Source of the DNA: a virus
Direction: 5' to 3' (one strand)
Length of the DNA stretch: 64,000 nucleotides
IMG/VR virus record: IMGVR_UViG_3300050503_000029
The stretch's first letter is position 1. Each line of letters begins with the position of its first letter. The notes below the pieces were generated by a model that worked only from the letters and a program-made list of their open reading frames with translations, made no database searches and was not told where the DNA came from. Made by a program: the position numbers and the translations under genes. Positions 22,773 through 33,300 of the stretch are shown one piece after another.

Positions 22773-25700
22773 TCAGGCTCCCCTCATTGCCATCCAGTGG
22801 ATGTTGGTCGCGGTGGTGTTCGTGCGGTAACCCCAGATGGAGAAGCCGTAGGGAGTGTGGTCGGCCGTGCAGACCTCGCGGAAGGTCGAGCCGGGGACGG
22901 ACGTCTCAGCAGTGGCAATGACACGGACAGGCCCGGTGCCCTGGAGGTTGAGACCAGAGACGGCGACCTTAGTCGGCTTGTTCGCCACTGGGGTGAGTGT
23001 GGTAACTCCCACGGCGATGTTGCCGACCTCCAGCGCCCCGGTGATCACCACATCATCATCCACGATGCTCGGGTCCGCGGTAGGCGTGAGCGAGATAACG
23101 CGGCGCGCGCGGTGGGTCATCTTCGCACCGGCCACTAGATCCATGTCCCAGGACACTTCCGCGTACTGGCCGTTCAGGCCCATCGGGTCGTACATGATGG
23201 TGTACACATCGTTACCCGAGTGGATCGGCATGAGGGCCGTGGAGAACTCGATGGCCTCGTATACCTGGCTGGCCTCGAATGCCTTCCGCGAGATCTTGGC
23301 GATCATGGTGGCTTCGCTGTCCGCGTCCTGGCCCTGCTCGAACGAGGTGATGGTCCTGCCTCGTCGGACAGTGCTGGTAGGGGACGCCGGGTCGTTGTTC
23401 GTGAAATCCATGGTGATCGTGTCGCGGTCCGGGTCGGACAGCGTCATGACCCAACGGTTGGGAACCCCGAACAGGTCGTACTCCTGCATGACCTCGGGGT
23501 ACATCACGGACAGTTCGTCGTCCTGGTAGGTGAACTCCGAGCCGCGATCCTGCGGGGAGATGTACGGCTTGACCACGGCGAACCCGTCCTCATCGAAAGA
23601 CAAGGACTCATAGTTGATGGCGGTCAACAGGTCGGCGATGATCTGCCGCTTACTCGTGCCCGCCTCCCACTCCTTCGGCACGGGGATCGTCGCGGTATTG
23701 GCCGTGATCTTCTTGGGGATGTTCGCCTCGGTCAGGAGGTGATCCACCACACCAGTGTAGGTGTTGCCCGGGTTCGGGTTGAGCTGGAACGAGTCGAACC
23801 GGATCTCCTGGTTTACGTTGGTGGTGCCCGAGAAGTTCGAGCCGGACACGCCCGTGTATCCGTACGTGATCTTGTACGGGTCGTCCACCTCTTCCTCGAT
23901 CATCCAGCCGGCAGGCTCCGAGACTCCCGACTTCCAGAGCTTGGCTCGCATGACGTGGCCGATGCACTGGGCGCGGAAGTTGAAGTATTCCCCGGCCGAG
24001 TAGGTAAGGCCCGTGTTCACGATGTCCCCGAAGGTGTGAACGGCTCCGCCGTTGGTGCTGGTGACGTTCAGGTGGACATCGAACCCAGACGCCGTGGTGT
24101 TGAAGTGGACACGGACGCGGTAGTAGTCGTTGGACGAGAACAGCCGGAAGATGGCACCGGCGATGAACGCGTTACCCGTGGAGAGCTGGCTGCACGCAAC
24201 CCGGCAGTAGATCTCGGAGTCCACCAGGATCTCTTGTGCCGTGTTGCCGGCCTGGGAGAGGCGGATGGCAGAGGAGTCATCCTGGATGCGTACGAACGCA
24301 TAGCCAGGCGACGCTGAGACGACTCCGCGGGTGGTGTTGGCTACGGTGTTGTGGAGCCAGACTGTACCGTCGTCAGAGGTGCCCCAGGAGCCCGTCACGT
24401 CCCGGGTGAAGTTGTCGTTCACCCGCAGGAGGTTGGCCGTGCTGAACCTCTCGGCGACGAGGTCGTCCTGGAGGATCTGTGCGAGGTCGTATCCCTGGAT
24501 GTCCCGGCTGATCACGTTGGCCTCGTCCGACTGCCTCTGCGGAGAGGACAGGATGAACACACCCTGGGGCCACTCCACGTAGTTGATCGAGTCGTCGGTG
24601 AAGCGCTGGTAGGTCTGAGGCTCAGTGATGAGGAGGTTGTCGAACCAGACGGGAGGTGTGGATGTAGGACCTCCGCCGTTGACCGTGACGGTGATCAGGG
24701 GCTCCCGCCCAGTGTTGTCCTCAGATGTCACGTAGTCCGGGGACGAGCCGGCAGGGTCAGTCCAGAACAGGCGGTAGATGGTGAGGGTGTCGGTGGTGAT
24801 GATCTCCAGCTTCACCAGCTTGTTGACCAGGTTCGTGGTAACCGATGCCGGCAGGCTCACCGAGCCGAGAGTGAATGATCCACCCGAGGCGTTGAGGGTG
24901 ATGTTATTGGACGTGTCGAGGGAGGCACCGTCCGGCTGGATGTAAAGCTGTCCGCCGGTCGGAATGTAGAAGTAACACCGCATGGACCAAAACGTGAGCG
25001 CGCTACGCAAGCGAGCGACGATAGTGCCGTCCGAAAGCGTGTCATCGCTTCCGAGCTTAGCCGCTTTACCACCGTCGGCAGTGTGACTGCCGTCGTAGAT
25101 TACGGTGCCCCTAACGTCGTCTAGGGCGTTTCCGTGTCGGGCGGAGTTGTTCTTGGTGACAGCCTCGCCCGTTACTCCCGGCGTACCGTTGAAGTTGTTG
25201 GACCATACCTGCTGGGGCATGAAGGCGGTCTCCACACCCTGCGGAGGCAAGCCGACGTTGTCCCACTCGGTGTAGTCCGTATCGTCCACGTTGCCCAGAG
25301 CCTGGAACAGCAGGCGGAGAGCACCAGTTCCCGAGATCACCCAGGAAGGTGTGGCAAGTGTCCGCTGGGTCTGCCACGTTCCAGGCAAGCCAGTTCGGCT
25401 CGTCTCCCAGAACACGGTGCCCGATGTCTCGCGGATACGGAACCACTTGTGCTCGTTCGGGTCATAGTCGATGATGACTGCGGCACCATCGGTACCGCCC
25501 GAGTTGCTGCAAAACTCCAGCTTGTTGAAGGAGCTGGTGCCAACCCGGCGGTACCGGATCATGAGGTTCGTGCCAGTGCCCAGCGCGTTGCCGTAGACGG
25601 ACACCGTGGTGGACACCGTGTCGACTCCGATGACCGAGCCTACCTGTGGAGGGCGGACGAACTGTGCAGTGACCGCGCTGCCGGTCAGTGTCCACGAGGC

Positions 25701-26192
25701 GTTCGAGCGGGCGGCCGGCGAGAAGGTCGTCATGGGAAGACGGAGGTGTCCACCCGTATTGATAGCGCCGTCCTCGTACGTTCCCCAGTTCGGTCCCATG
25801 GCGGCCGACTCAAAGTCGTCGGTGAACCCACCGAAGAACGGGGGAGACTGAGGCGCAGCGGGCAGGACCGGATCCGGCACGGGCAGTGCACGGGGCGGCA
25901 TGTGCAGACGGACCCACGGCTTGATCCGGTCGGACAGGTAGTCGATGGGGTCCTGGAACCCCGAGCGGAGCGAGAAGGTAGCGGTCCGCTTGATGTCCGC
26001 CAGCCAGTCCTGGGAGATCTTGGCCGCGGTCACCGTGTCAAGCTCACGCTTGACCTTGTTGGAGCTATCCAGGAGTTCGTATCGGAAGGACAGCTTCCGG
26101 GAGCCAGTGGCTCCCTTCAATGCCGCCTCGATCTCCGCAACCGTGTACTGGTTCGGGTTCCGGAACAGGTCCGGGATGTTGAGCGACTGCAC
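22773..26192 (-). CDS. minor tail protein in the Tal (tail-tip) position with jelly-roll and lectin-like domains
   Basis: 1139 aa, second large gene after the tape measure. DNFTRDVTGSWGTSDDGTVW domain shared with 26196..29942. C-terminal 95-aa domain shared with the two downstream genes. Confidence 0.8.
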   Translation of the reverse strand: MQSLNIPDLFRNPNQYTVAEIEAALKGATGSRKLSFRYELLDSSNKVKRELDTVTAAKISQDWLADIKRTATFSLRSGFQDPIDYLSDRIKPWVRLHMPPRALPVPDPVLPAAPQSPPFFGGFTDDFESAAMGPNWGTYEDGAINTGGHLRLPMTTFSPAARSNASWTLTGSAVTAQFVRPPQVGSVIGVDTVSTTVSVYGNALGTGTNLMIRYRRVGTSSFNKLEFCSNSGGTDGAAVIIDYDPNEHKWFRIRETSGTVFWETSRTGLPGTWQTQRTLATPSWVISGTGALRLLFQALGNVDDTDYTEWDNVGLPPQGVETAFMPQQVWSNNFNGTPGVTGEAVTKNNSARHGNALDDVRGTVIYDGSHTADGGKAAKLGSDDTLSDGTIVARLRSALTFWSMRCYFYIPTGGQLYIQPDGASLDTSNNITLNASGGSFTLGSVSLPASVTTNLVNKLVKLEIITTDTLTIYRLFWTDPAGSSPDYVTSEDNTGREPLITVTVNGGGPTSTPPVWFDNLLITEPQTYQRFTDDSINYVEWPQGVFILSSPQRQSDEANVISRDIQGYDLAQILQDDLVAERFSTANLLRVNDNFTRDVTGSWGTSDDGTVWLHNTVANTTRGVVSASPGYAFVRIQDDSSAIRLSQAGNTAQEILVDSEIYCRVACSQLSTGNAFIAGAIFRLFSSNDYYRVRVHFNTTASGFDVHLNVTSTNGGAVHTFGDIVNTGLTYSAGEYFNFRAQCIGHVMRAKLWKSGVSEPAGWMIEEEVDDPYKITYGYTGVSGSNFSGTTNVNQEIRFDSFQLNPNPGNTYTGVVDHLLTEANIPKKITANTATIPVPKEWEAGTSKRQIIADLLTAINYESLSFDEDGFAVVKPYISPQDRGSEFTYQDDELSVMYPEVMQEYDLFGVPNRWVMTLSDPDRDTITMDFTNNDPASPTSTVRRGRTITSFEQGQDADSEATMIAKISRKAFEASQVYEAIEFSTALMPIHSGNDVYTIMYDPMGLNGQYAEVSWDMDLVAGAKMTHRARRVISLTPTADPSIVDDDVVITGALEVGNIAVGVTTLTPVANKPTKVAVSGLNLQGTGPVRVIATAETSVPGSTFREVCTADHTPYGFSIWGYRTNTTATNIHWMAMRGA

Positions 26193-26195
26193 CCG

Positions 26196-29100
26196 TCACA
26201 CCTCCTCGATGTCGAACGAGACACGGCCGAACTTGAATCCCACGGTGACTCCCCACGACGCGTCCGACTGGCTAAACCCAGACATCGTACCATAAGCGGC
26301 ACGGCCTCGGTTGTCGCGGAGGAAGAGGGTCTTCTTCATCTCCATGAAGCCGCGGAGGTCAGCTTCCTCGGCCATGTGGGTGTCGCCGCCGGGGATGTCC
26401 ACGGAGATGGAGATGTCCTCGGTCTCGTACTCCCCGAAATCCGTTACGGGGAACGTACGGCCCGCGAACTGTTGCACCGTTGCCGCTGTGTCGATGGCGT
26501 GCGATCGGCTGTCCTTACCGTACACGAACTGCCGTACGGTCACCGCCGAGTCTGACGGGTCGTGGATCCAGACGCCGGTGAGGTCCAGCTCACGATCCGC
26601 CACGGTAGGTGTGGAGTCCTGGAAGAACTCACCCGCCGACGCTCGGACACGGTACTCGTACAGCACCCCGGATGCCGCGGTGTAGTCGAGGAACGTGCCG
26701 TTCGGGTCGGTGGTGCCGAGGATCTGGTAAGGAAGGTTGGGGTTACTCTGGCTGTAGACGCGGCGGTGGATCTGGTTCGTCGTCGGGTTCGGGCGGTCAC
26801 CGACCGGGTCCGGGTTGGTGATGTTCAGACCGATGTAACCCAGGTCGTCCTCGATGTCGAACGAGATGACCGGGACCTCGGGCCGGTTGTAGTTGGGGGT
26901 GATCTTGCGGTTGGCCGTGTTCGACTCGATCAGGGCCGCGTTCCTGATCTTGAGTGCCACGTTCCACTCGACGTCCGAGGCCATGCCGATCACAAGGTAC
27001 TGGAGGTCAGTGGACGTCACCCATCCCGTGGAGATGAGCGTGGCGCCAGTGTCGGTTCGAGTCACCACGATGTTGTACGCGGCTTGTGTGGTGTTCGAGA
27101 CCGTCCACCTGATCAGGTAGTTGGCGGTCACGATGTTGGGGTCATTGTCGATGGCCGGGTCCGTGATGTTGACCACGCCGGTGTTCGAGGTCGAGAAGAA
27201 CCCGTAATCCGACCACGGGCTCTCCACCACGTAGGAGTCCCAGGTCTTAACCCTCCACTTCCAGTCCTGGCCGTTGGGCAGGCCCGAGGCGGGAAGGGTG
27301 TAGTTGGAGGTGGAGCTCCCGTCCCGGAGGTACAGGTCATCGAACGTCAGGACAACGGGGAGGGTGTTGGTGTTCGTCGGCGAGACGTACGAACGGACAC
27401 CGATGTCTCCCGCAGCGGTCAGGTCCGTATCGGTGACCTGGATGTCCCAGTTGACCGGCTCGGTGTCCTGGGTCCTCCAGGCCTTGGCTCGGAGCGTGCT
27501 GCCCTTGGTGACGAACCGAACGAAGTAAGCCTGGCCCGCGGTGTGAGTGAGAGACGTTGACGCGGTGGCGAGCAAGGTCTCCGACGGCGTCCGCTTCCGA
27601 ACAGACAGGATGGCCGTGCCGGACGTGGTGAACTCCAGCCGGGCGAAGTAATACTGGTCCCCGGCCCCGTTGATCCTCGACCGGAAGTAGGTGTACATAC
27701 TGTCACCCGTGGGCACTACCGGGTTGGCCACGGTCCAGGTCATGTCCGAGTCAGCCACGGAGTGCGGCATACGCGACAGCCGGAACACGTCACGGGTGGT
27801 GTGGACGTGCCGACCAACGTTGCCCGTGGTGTCGTAGTCAGTCGAGACGGTACCGCCCGAGGACGTCCATGCACCGCCGCGGTCGGCCGTTCCCCAGCCA
27901 CCGGTGACCGAGCGGGTGAAGTTGTCGAACGCTCCCCAGCTATTCCACGCGATGAGGCCCGTGGTGTTGTTGTAGATCTCGACCTGGTAGAAACTCTGGG
28001 TGTCTCCCGCGTTCAGGTCGTGGAAGTCCCAGTCGAACAGGGCCGAGGTGGTGCCATCGAAGTTGGACCGCGTGATCAGGGTGGGCTGGCTCGGGGCCAC
28101 GTTGATGGTGTCGGCAACGGAGATCACGGAGTGGGTTCCGCTGGACAGATTCGCCACCGAGATGAGAACCTGTTCCCCGACGAGGGCTCCGCGGTGGACA
28201 CGGATCGCCAAGTTGGACGAGCCGGTCGCACCCACCGTGGCATTGACCTCGACCTGCTGGAGACCGGCCTGCCCAGTGTTCAGGTCGATGTCCGTACGCA
28301 TGAGCCGACGGCCGTCGCCCGTGGCGTCAAAGTAGTACACCCAGACGCGGTTGTCTCGCGGGTTGTAGATGGCATCCCACGTGTTGGTCACGGCGAGAGT
28401 CGCTGGGGCTGGCATGGTCGAGATACCCTGAGCGTCCAGGTCCACCTCGGAGATGACCGTGAACTGGTCCGCCTGCTGCTGCCGGTGCTTGACCACGATG
28501 CCGCGGGACGAGGTATTGGACGCGTTCACGGTCACGTACTGGGTGGACGAGACGGGAAGGACACGGGACTTGGCGTTGGCGTCCTTGACCGAGTAGCCGG
28601 TAAAGGAGTCGTAGAAGTTCCACACCTCTGCGAAGCCTGTGCCGCTGGAGTTCAGCGTGTACCGCGCGATGGACTGTCCCGCGTTCTGACCGAGCACGTG
28701 GTGCCGCGCGGTACTCATGACGAAACCAGTGTTGGATGTGATTCCGCCCGACTGGGAGATGTCGAGGAGAGTGCCGGTCTCGTTCGTGAAGTTGTGGAAG
28801 CCGTCGATAGACGTGGCGGCGACGAGAAGACCGACCGCGTTACCGGATCCGCGGAGGAGGGAGCCCGTGCCGTTCACGAGGTAGTCACAGGACAGCAGGA
28901 GGTATGACATCTCCGTGCCGGTGTTCGAGCCGGCCTGGTGACCGCAGATGACCACGATGGTACCGAGGCTGCCGCCGGCCGGGTGCCACGCGGCGACCAC
29001 GTTGTTGATGTCCGCGTCATGCGTCGGAAGTGCCTGCTTACCCGAGCGGACGGACAGCCAGGATCCCGCGTTCTTCTTGTACGTGAGGTACTGGAGGGAG

Positions 29101-29942
29101 TTCGCGGTGTCCGACTGGTAGAGGACGTACAGGTTGTCCGACGAGTCACGCACGATGGTGTGGGACTGGGCGCCCCGCTTGATCGGGCCACCGATGGTGT
29201 CGGAGATGGCCACGATGTTCGTGGTGGTACCCGCTACCGTGCGGTACTTCATGGTGAACGCATCGTTACCGAGGTTCGCCGACGAGTGCTCCAGGTAGAC
29301 GTGGCTACCGTCGGAGAGCTGGACCTGACCGCCCAGGCTCCGGTTCAGCATGGAGTCCAGGATCTCGGCTGCGAACAGAGCCGGGTCCGTGTCAGTGCCC
29401 GTGTAGTCGGCCGAGCGGAAGCCGTTGTACTCCAGCCCGGTGGGCGTGTTCTGGAGTCGGTTCCGGCTCGTGTTCATGACGTACCGCAGGGTCGCCGCCG
29501 CGTCCAGGTCGGTGAGCGTCAGGTATCCAGCGCGAACCGTGAGGTTCGAGGCGGACTGGATGTTGGCTACTCCGCCCAGGCGAGCGCTGCCGTACAGCGT
29601 GGAGAGCTGTGCCGGCGTGCGCCAGTCCGCGGTGGTGAGGGTGCCCCAGTCGAACTTGTTGATCTCCAGGGCCCGGCTCACAGACGTGCCGGTGACCTGG
29701 CTGGACGTCAGCCTGAGGTAACCCGCAACCGTGCTGGATGCGGCGGTGTCCGCGTACCCGAACTGGAGGAAGGCCTGCCAGATGGTGTACGGGGTACCCG
29801 ACTTCTGCTGGCCCACGAACAGCGTGGTGTCCGACACGGACGAGACACCATCTGCCGGCCCGGCGAGCGCGGTGGCATACGCGTTGTCGCCGGAGAACAG
29901 GTAGGCGTCGTTCGTGTTGGCAAAGGCGATGGTGGTAGTCAT
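26196..29942 (-). CDS. giant minor tail protein in the Dit position
   Basis: 1248 aa. The N-terminal two thirds carry repetitive beta-rich segments. DNFTRSVTGGWGTADRGGAW jelly-roll domain. The C-terminal roughly 250 aa (VWIHDPSD ... LFLRDNRGRAAYG ... FDIEEV) resemble a siphovirus distal-tail fold by eye. Confidence 0.8.
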   Translation of the reverse strand: MTTTIAFANTNDAYLFSGDNAYATALAGPADGVSSVSDTTLFVGQQKSGTPYTIWQAFLQFGYADTAASSTVAGYLRLTSSQVTGTSVSRALEINKFDWGTLTTADWRTPAQLSTLYGSARLGGVANIQSASNLTVRAGYLTLTDLDAAATLRYVMNTSRNRLQNTPTGLEYNGFRSADYTGTDTDPALFAAEILDSMLNRSLGGQVQLSDGSHVYLEHSSANLGNDAFTMKYRTVAGTTTNIVAISDTIGGPIKRGAQSHTIVRDSSDNLYVLYQSDTANSLQYLTYKKNAGSWLSVRSGKQALPTHDADINNVVAAWHPAGGSLGTIVVICGHQAGSNTGTEMSYLLLSCDYLVNGTGSLLRGSGNAVGLLVAATSIDGFHNFTNETGTLLDISQSGGITSNTGFVMSTARHHVLGQNAGQSIARYTLNSSGTGFAEVWNFYDSFTGYSVKDANAKSRVLPVSSTQYVTVNASNTSSRGIVVKHRQQQADQFTVISEVDLDAQGISTMPAPATLAVTNTWDAIYNPRDNRVWVYYFDATGDGRRLMRTDIDLNTGQAGLQQVEVNATVGATGSSNLAIRVHRGALVGEQVLISVANLSSGTHSVISVADTINVAPSQPTLITRSNFDGTTSALFDWDFHDLNAGDTQSFYQVEIYNNTTGLIAWNSWGAFDNFTRSVTGGWGTADRGGAWTSSGGTVSTDYDTTGNVGRHVHTTRDVFRLSRMPHSVADSDMTWTVANPVVPTGDSMYTYFRSRINGAGDQYYFARLEFTTSGTAILSVRKRTPSETLLATASTSLTHTAGQAYFVRFVTKGSTLRAKAWRTQDTEPVNWDIQVTDTDLTAAGDIGVRSYVSPTNTNTLPVVLTFDDLYLRDGSSTSNYTLPASGLPNGQDWKWRVKTWDSYVVESPWSDYGFFSTSNTGVVNITDPAIDNDPNIVTANYLIRWTVSNTTQAAYNIVVTRTDTGATLISTGWVTSTDLQYLVIGMASDVEWNVALKIRNAALIESNTANRKITPNYNRPEVPVISFDIEDDLGYIGLNITNPDPVGDRPNPTTNQIHRRVYSQSNPNLPYQILGTTDPNGTFLDYTAASGVLYEYRVRASAGEFFQDSTPTVADRELDLTGVWIHDPSDSAVTVRQFVYGKDSRSHAIDTAATVQQFAGRTFPVTDFGEYETEDISISVDIPGGDTHMAEEADLRGFMEMKKTLFLRDNRGRAAYGTMSGFSQSDASWGVTVGFKFGRVSFDIEEV

Positions 29943-30367
29943 CCCCGCTCGCTCCCGTTCTGCGAGGCGATGACCTCGGCGATGGCCTGGAGAGGATCGA
30001 CCCGGAACCGCCGGACAGTGTCTCGTCCGGTGGCCGGGTTCTTCTCGATAAGGACTTCCGTGCCCTGCGGGTCAGGGACCAGCATGGGCGGGTTGATCAG
30101 GCGAAAGGCGGGCGGCCCCTGCTGAGGGCCAACCCACACTTCCACGGAGTCGAGGTTGTCCGGGTTCGAGACGTGGCGGACATGGCCGATCTGTGCCTGA
30201 CCCGAGCGGGTCTGGAACGTCGCCAGCCCTTCCATGTTCTTGCCCTGGAAGTTGTCCCAGCGTGACTCCACCTCCTCAGCCTTGGCTCGGCTGATGGCTT
30301 GGAGAGCCTCGGCTGGTGTGGGACTCCCGTCTCGGATGTCCCGGATCTTGTCCGTGATCTCGGTCAT
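29939..30367 (-). CDS. hypothetical tail-associated protein
   Basis: 142-aa track ORF, coupled (4-nt overlaps) to the tape measure and to the 1248-aa gene. Confidence 0.6.
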   Translation of the reverse strand: MTEITDKIRDIRDGSPTPAEALQAISRAKAEEVESRWDNFQGKNMEGLATFQTRSGQAQIGHVRHVSNPDNLDSVEVWVGPQQGPPAFRLINPPMLVPDPQGTEVLIEKNPATGRDTVRRFRVDPLQAIAEVIASQNGSERG

Positions 30368-33300
30368 ACCCGCGCTCCGTGCTGACGAGAGGTGACCTTG
30401 AGGGCGTCGATCATGTCCACCACATCCTGGATGCTCTTGATCTTCGAGGCGTCCAGGACGATGGACCCCTCATTGAAGATGTAGGTCTGACCCTTTCCGG
30501 CAGCAACAAGGGCCTTCAGTTGATCGAGTGTACTCACTACCTCAGCCGTACCCGAAGTGTTGAGCGCGCCGACCCCGTCAGGCAGGATGCCGCCCATGTC
30601 ACGAGACACCCACGGAGCGTCGATGATGCCGCCCGTGGCAGCTCCAGCGCGGGCCGGCTTGAAGCCGTACCAGCTACCAAACATGGAGTTGTTGTAGCCG
30701 CGTGCACGAGAGCCGACGACAACACCGTCTCCGCCTCGGGACTCCACGTTGGTTCCTGCGAGAGTACCCGCGGTGTGACCGACGCCGGCATTGGTGATGC
30801 CGATCTTGAAGGGGGAGTTCAGGTGGTAGCCCCAACCCTTCGGGGCAGTGCTGCCGCTGAAGGAGTGTGTGGACCAGAGGCGGCCCTTCGGGTTCAGACC
30901 CTCGATGACCTTGGAGATGGAGGACATGAAGCCGGAGCAGTCGAACGAGGGGTTAAACGCTCCACCCCATTGGTACGGCTTGCCGGCCTGGGACTTGGCC
31001 CACTTGAGTGCGCCGGCCACTCCCTTGCTCGGAGCGAAGCCGCCCTCCTTGTTGCCCTTGTCACCCGCACCGATCAGCCGGTCCACGAGACTGTGGGCCG
31101 TGTCCTTGAGCATCCCGGAGAACCCGGACTTCCCGGGGATCTTGTTGATGAGCGGGTTAACCACGGTCTTGACGCCGGCGCGGATGGCTCCACCGAACGT
31201 GTCCTTCAACCACGAGTATCCGGACTTGACCTTGTCCCAGGCACCAGAGGCCACGTCGCCGATGCCATCGAAGATGCCACCGAGGGCGAAGCCGGCCGGG
31301 CCCCGAGTGCTACCGCTACCCTGGAACTTGTCGAGGGGCTGACCCGACATGGCAGCCTTGTTGACGGCGTACAGACGGGCCCGCTCATACGGGTCCTTCA
31401 TGGCCTCCGAGACGTAGACACCCTCACCCTTCCGCATGGGCACAAGCTGGTCGTCCCCCTGGCGGTAGGTGCTGTGACCGGGCAGGATACCGCCGCCGGC
31501 AAAGCCCTTGACCTCGCCGAGCTTCTTGCCGCCGAAGGCACCGACTACTGCGTTCCACACCTTCCGGATGCCGTTGTTGTAAACCGTGTCGATGACGAAC
31601 TGGACGGGCGCCTTGGCGATTCCCTTGATCTTGTCCCACGCCGTCTTGATGCCTTCCTTGGCGGCGTTGAAGGCAGCCACGGACTTGTCTCGGAACGTGT
31701 TGAACGCGCCGACGACCTTGTCCCGCAGGTCACGAGCCTTGGTCACCACCCAGTCCCGAGCGGTACCCATGATGCCGTTGATCCGGTCACGGATCGAGGT
31801 CACGACGTTGACCACGGAGTTCTTCATCGACGTGACCTTGTCCACCACGTCGGTCTTCATGCCGGAGACCTTGCCGACCACCCAGTCCCACATGTTCTGG
31901 AACAGCTTGGCCGCGGTCTTACCCATGCCGGTGAACCAGCCAATGATCCCGTTGACCAGGTCCGGGATGATGGAGTGGCCGATCAGGACATCGTACAGGT
32001 ACTTGAAGATGTCCACGATGGTGTCGATGATGGCCCCGATGACATCACCGATGGCAGAGAACGTACCCGTGAGGTAGTCCCACACTCCCACGAACACACT
32101 CTTCAGACCCTCCCATGCACCGGCAAAGTCTCCCGAGAACACGGCGGCCAGGGTCTGGATCACGGGGATGATCACGTTGGTGATGACGTTCGCCAACTGG
32201 TCCGCGAGGATCGTGGCCAGCTTACCCACCAGTTCGATGATGGGGATCAGCAGGGGGGCCATGGCCGTGAGCACTCCACCGAGGAGCTGGGCCAGGACGG
32301 TGATGAGCGGGGACAGAGCCACGAGGAGCTGGCCGAATGTCTGCCCGAGGGAGGCGATGGACGGAGCCAGAGCCAGGAGGAGCTGGCTGAGGATCGGGAA
32401 CAGGATCTCCGTCATCGTGGTGAAGTGCTCGATCAGGGGCTGGAGGATCGGACCCAACTGGTCGAGGATCGGGACCAACAGACTCTGGAGCATCTTGCCC
32501 ACCTGCTGAACCAGGGGACCGAACTGGACGAACGCGTCGGCCAGCGCCTGGAACAACGGCATGAGCGGGGGCAGGAGCGAGGCGATCAGGTCACCGATGA
32601 CGGGCAGGATCGGGGCGAACGCGACGACCAGGTTACCGATCGCCTGGGCCGCCACGGCGAGCACAGGTCCCAGCGCCTTGATGATCGGGGTCAGTGCGTC
32701 ACCCAGCGCCTTGATGAGGATGTTGAGCGGCGGGGCCAGCGCGGTGATGATCGGCTCGATGGCCTCCAGCACTGTACCGAGCAGGGGAGCCGCGGTCGTG
32801 GCGAAGGTGTTGAACACCGAGGCCAGGGCGGACATGGCGTCCTGGAATCCCTTGGTCGCGGTGAACCCGACGAGGGCATCGGTGATGGTCTTCAGTACGT
32901 TGATCATCCCTCCGCCCTCTTCCTGGAACTGCCCGAAGATGTTCCCGATGATCTGGAACACATTCATGAAGACCGCGCCCAGGTCCTTGATCAGACCCAT
33001 GGCCATCGTGATCGAGTCCGTCAGGGCACCCGACTTGAACGCGGTTCCCAGCTTGTCCGTGATGGCGGTGACCTTGTCGGCGATGCCGGCGGTCAGAGAC
33101 TCGAACACAGGAGAACCGGCAGCACCGAGTTGGGTGATGGCGGTGAGGATCTTGCCCGGGAGAGGGATGAGGTTGGCCATGCCAGCGTTGGCGCCGGCCA
33201 TCGCCTTGCCGAGGGTACCGTCCGCTCCCACCTGTGTGGCTGCGTCCATCGCGCCCTTGGCCATCTGGTTCAGGATGCCCGCGGTGTTGGTGAGGTTCGT

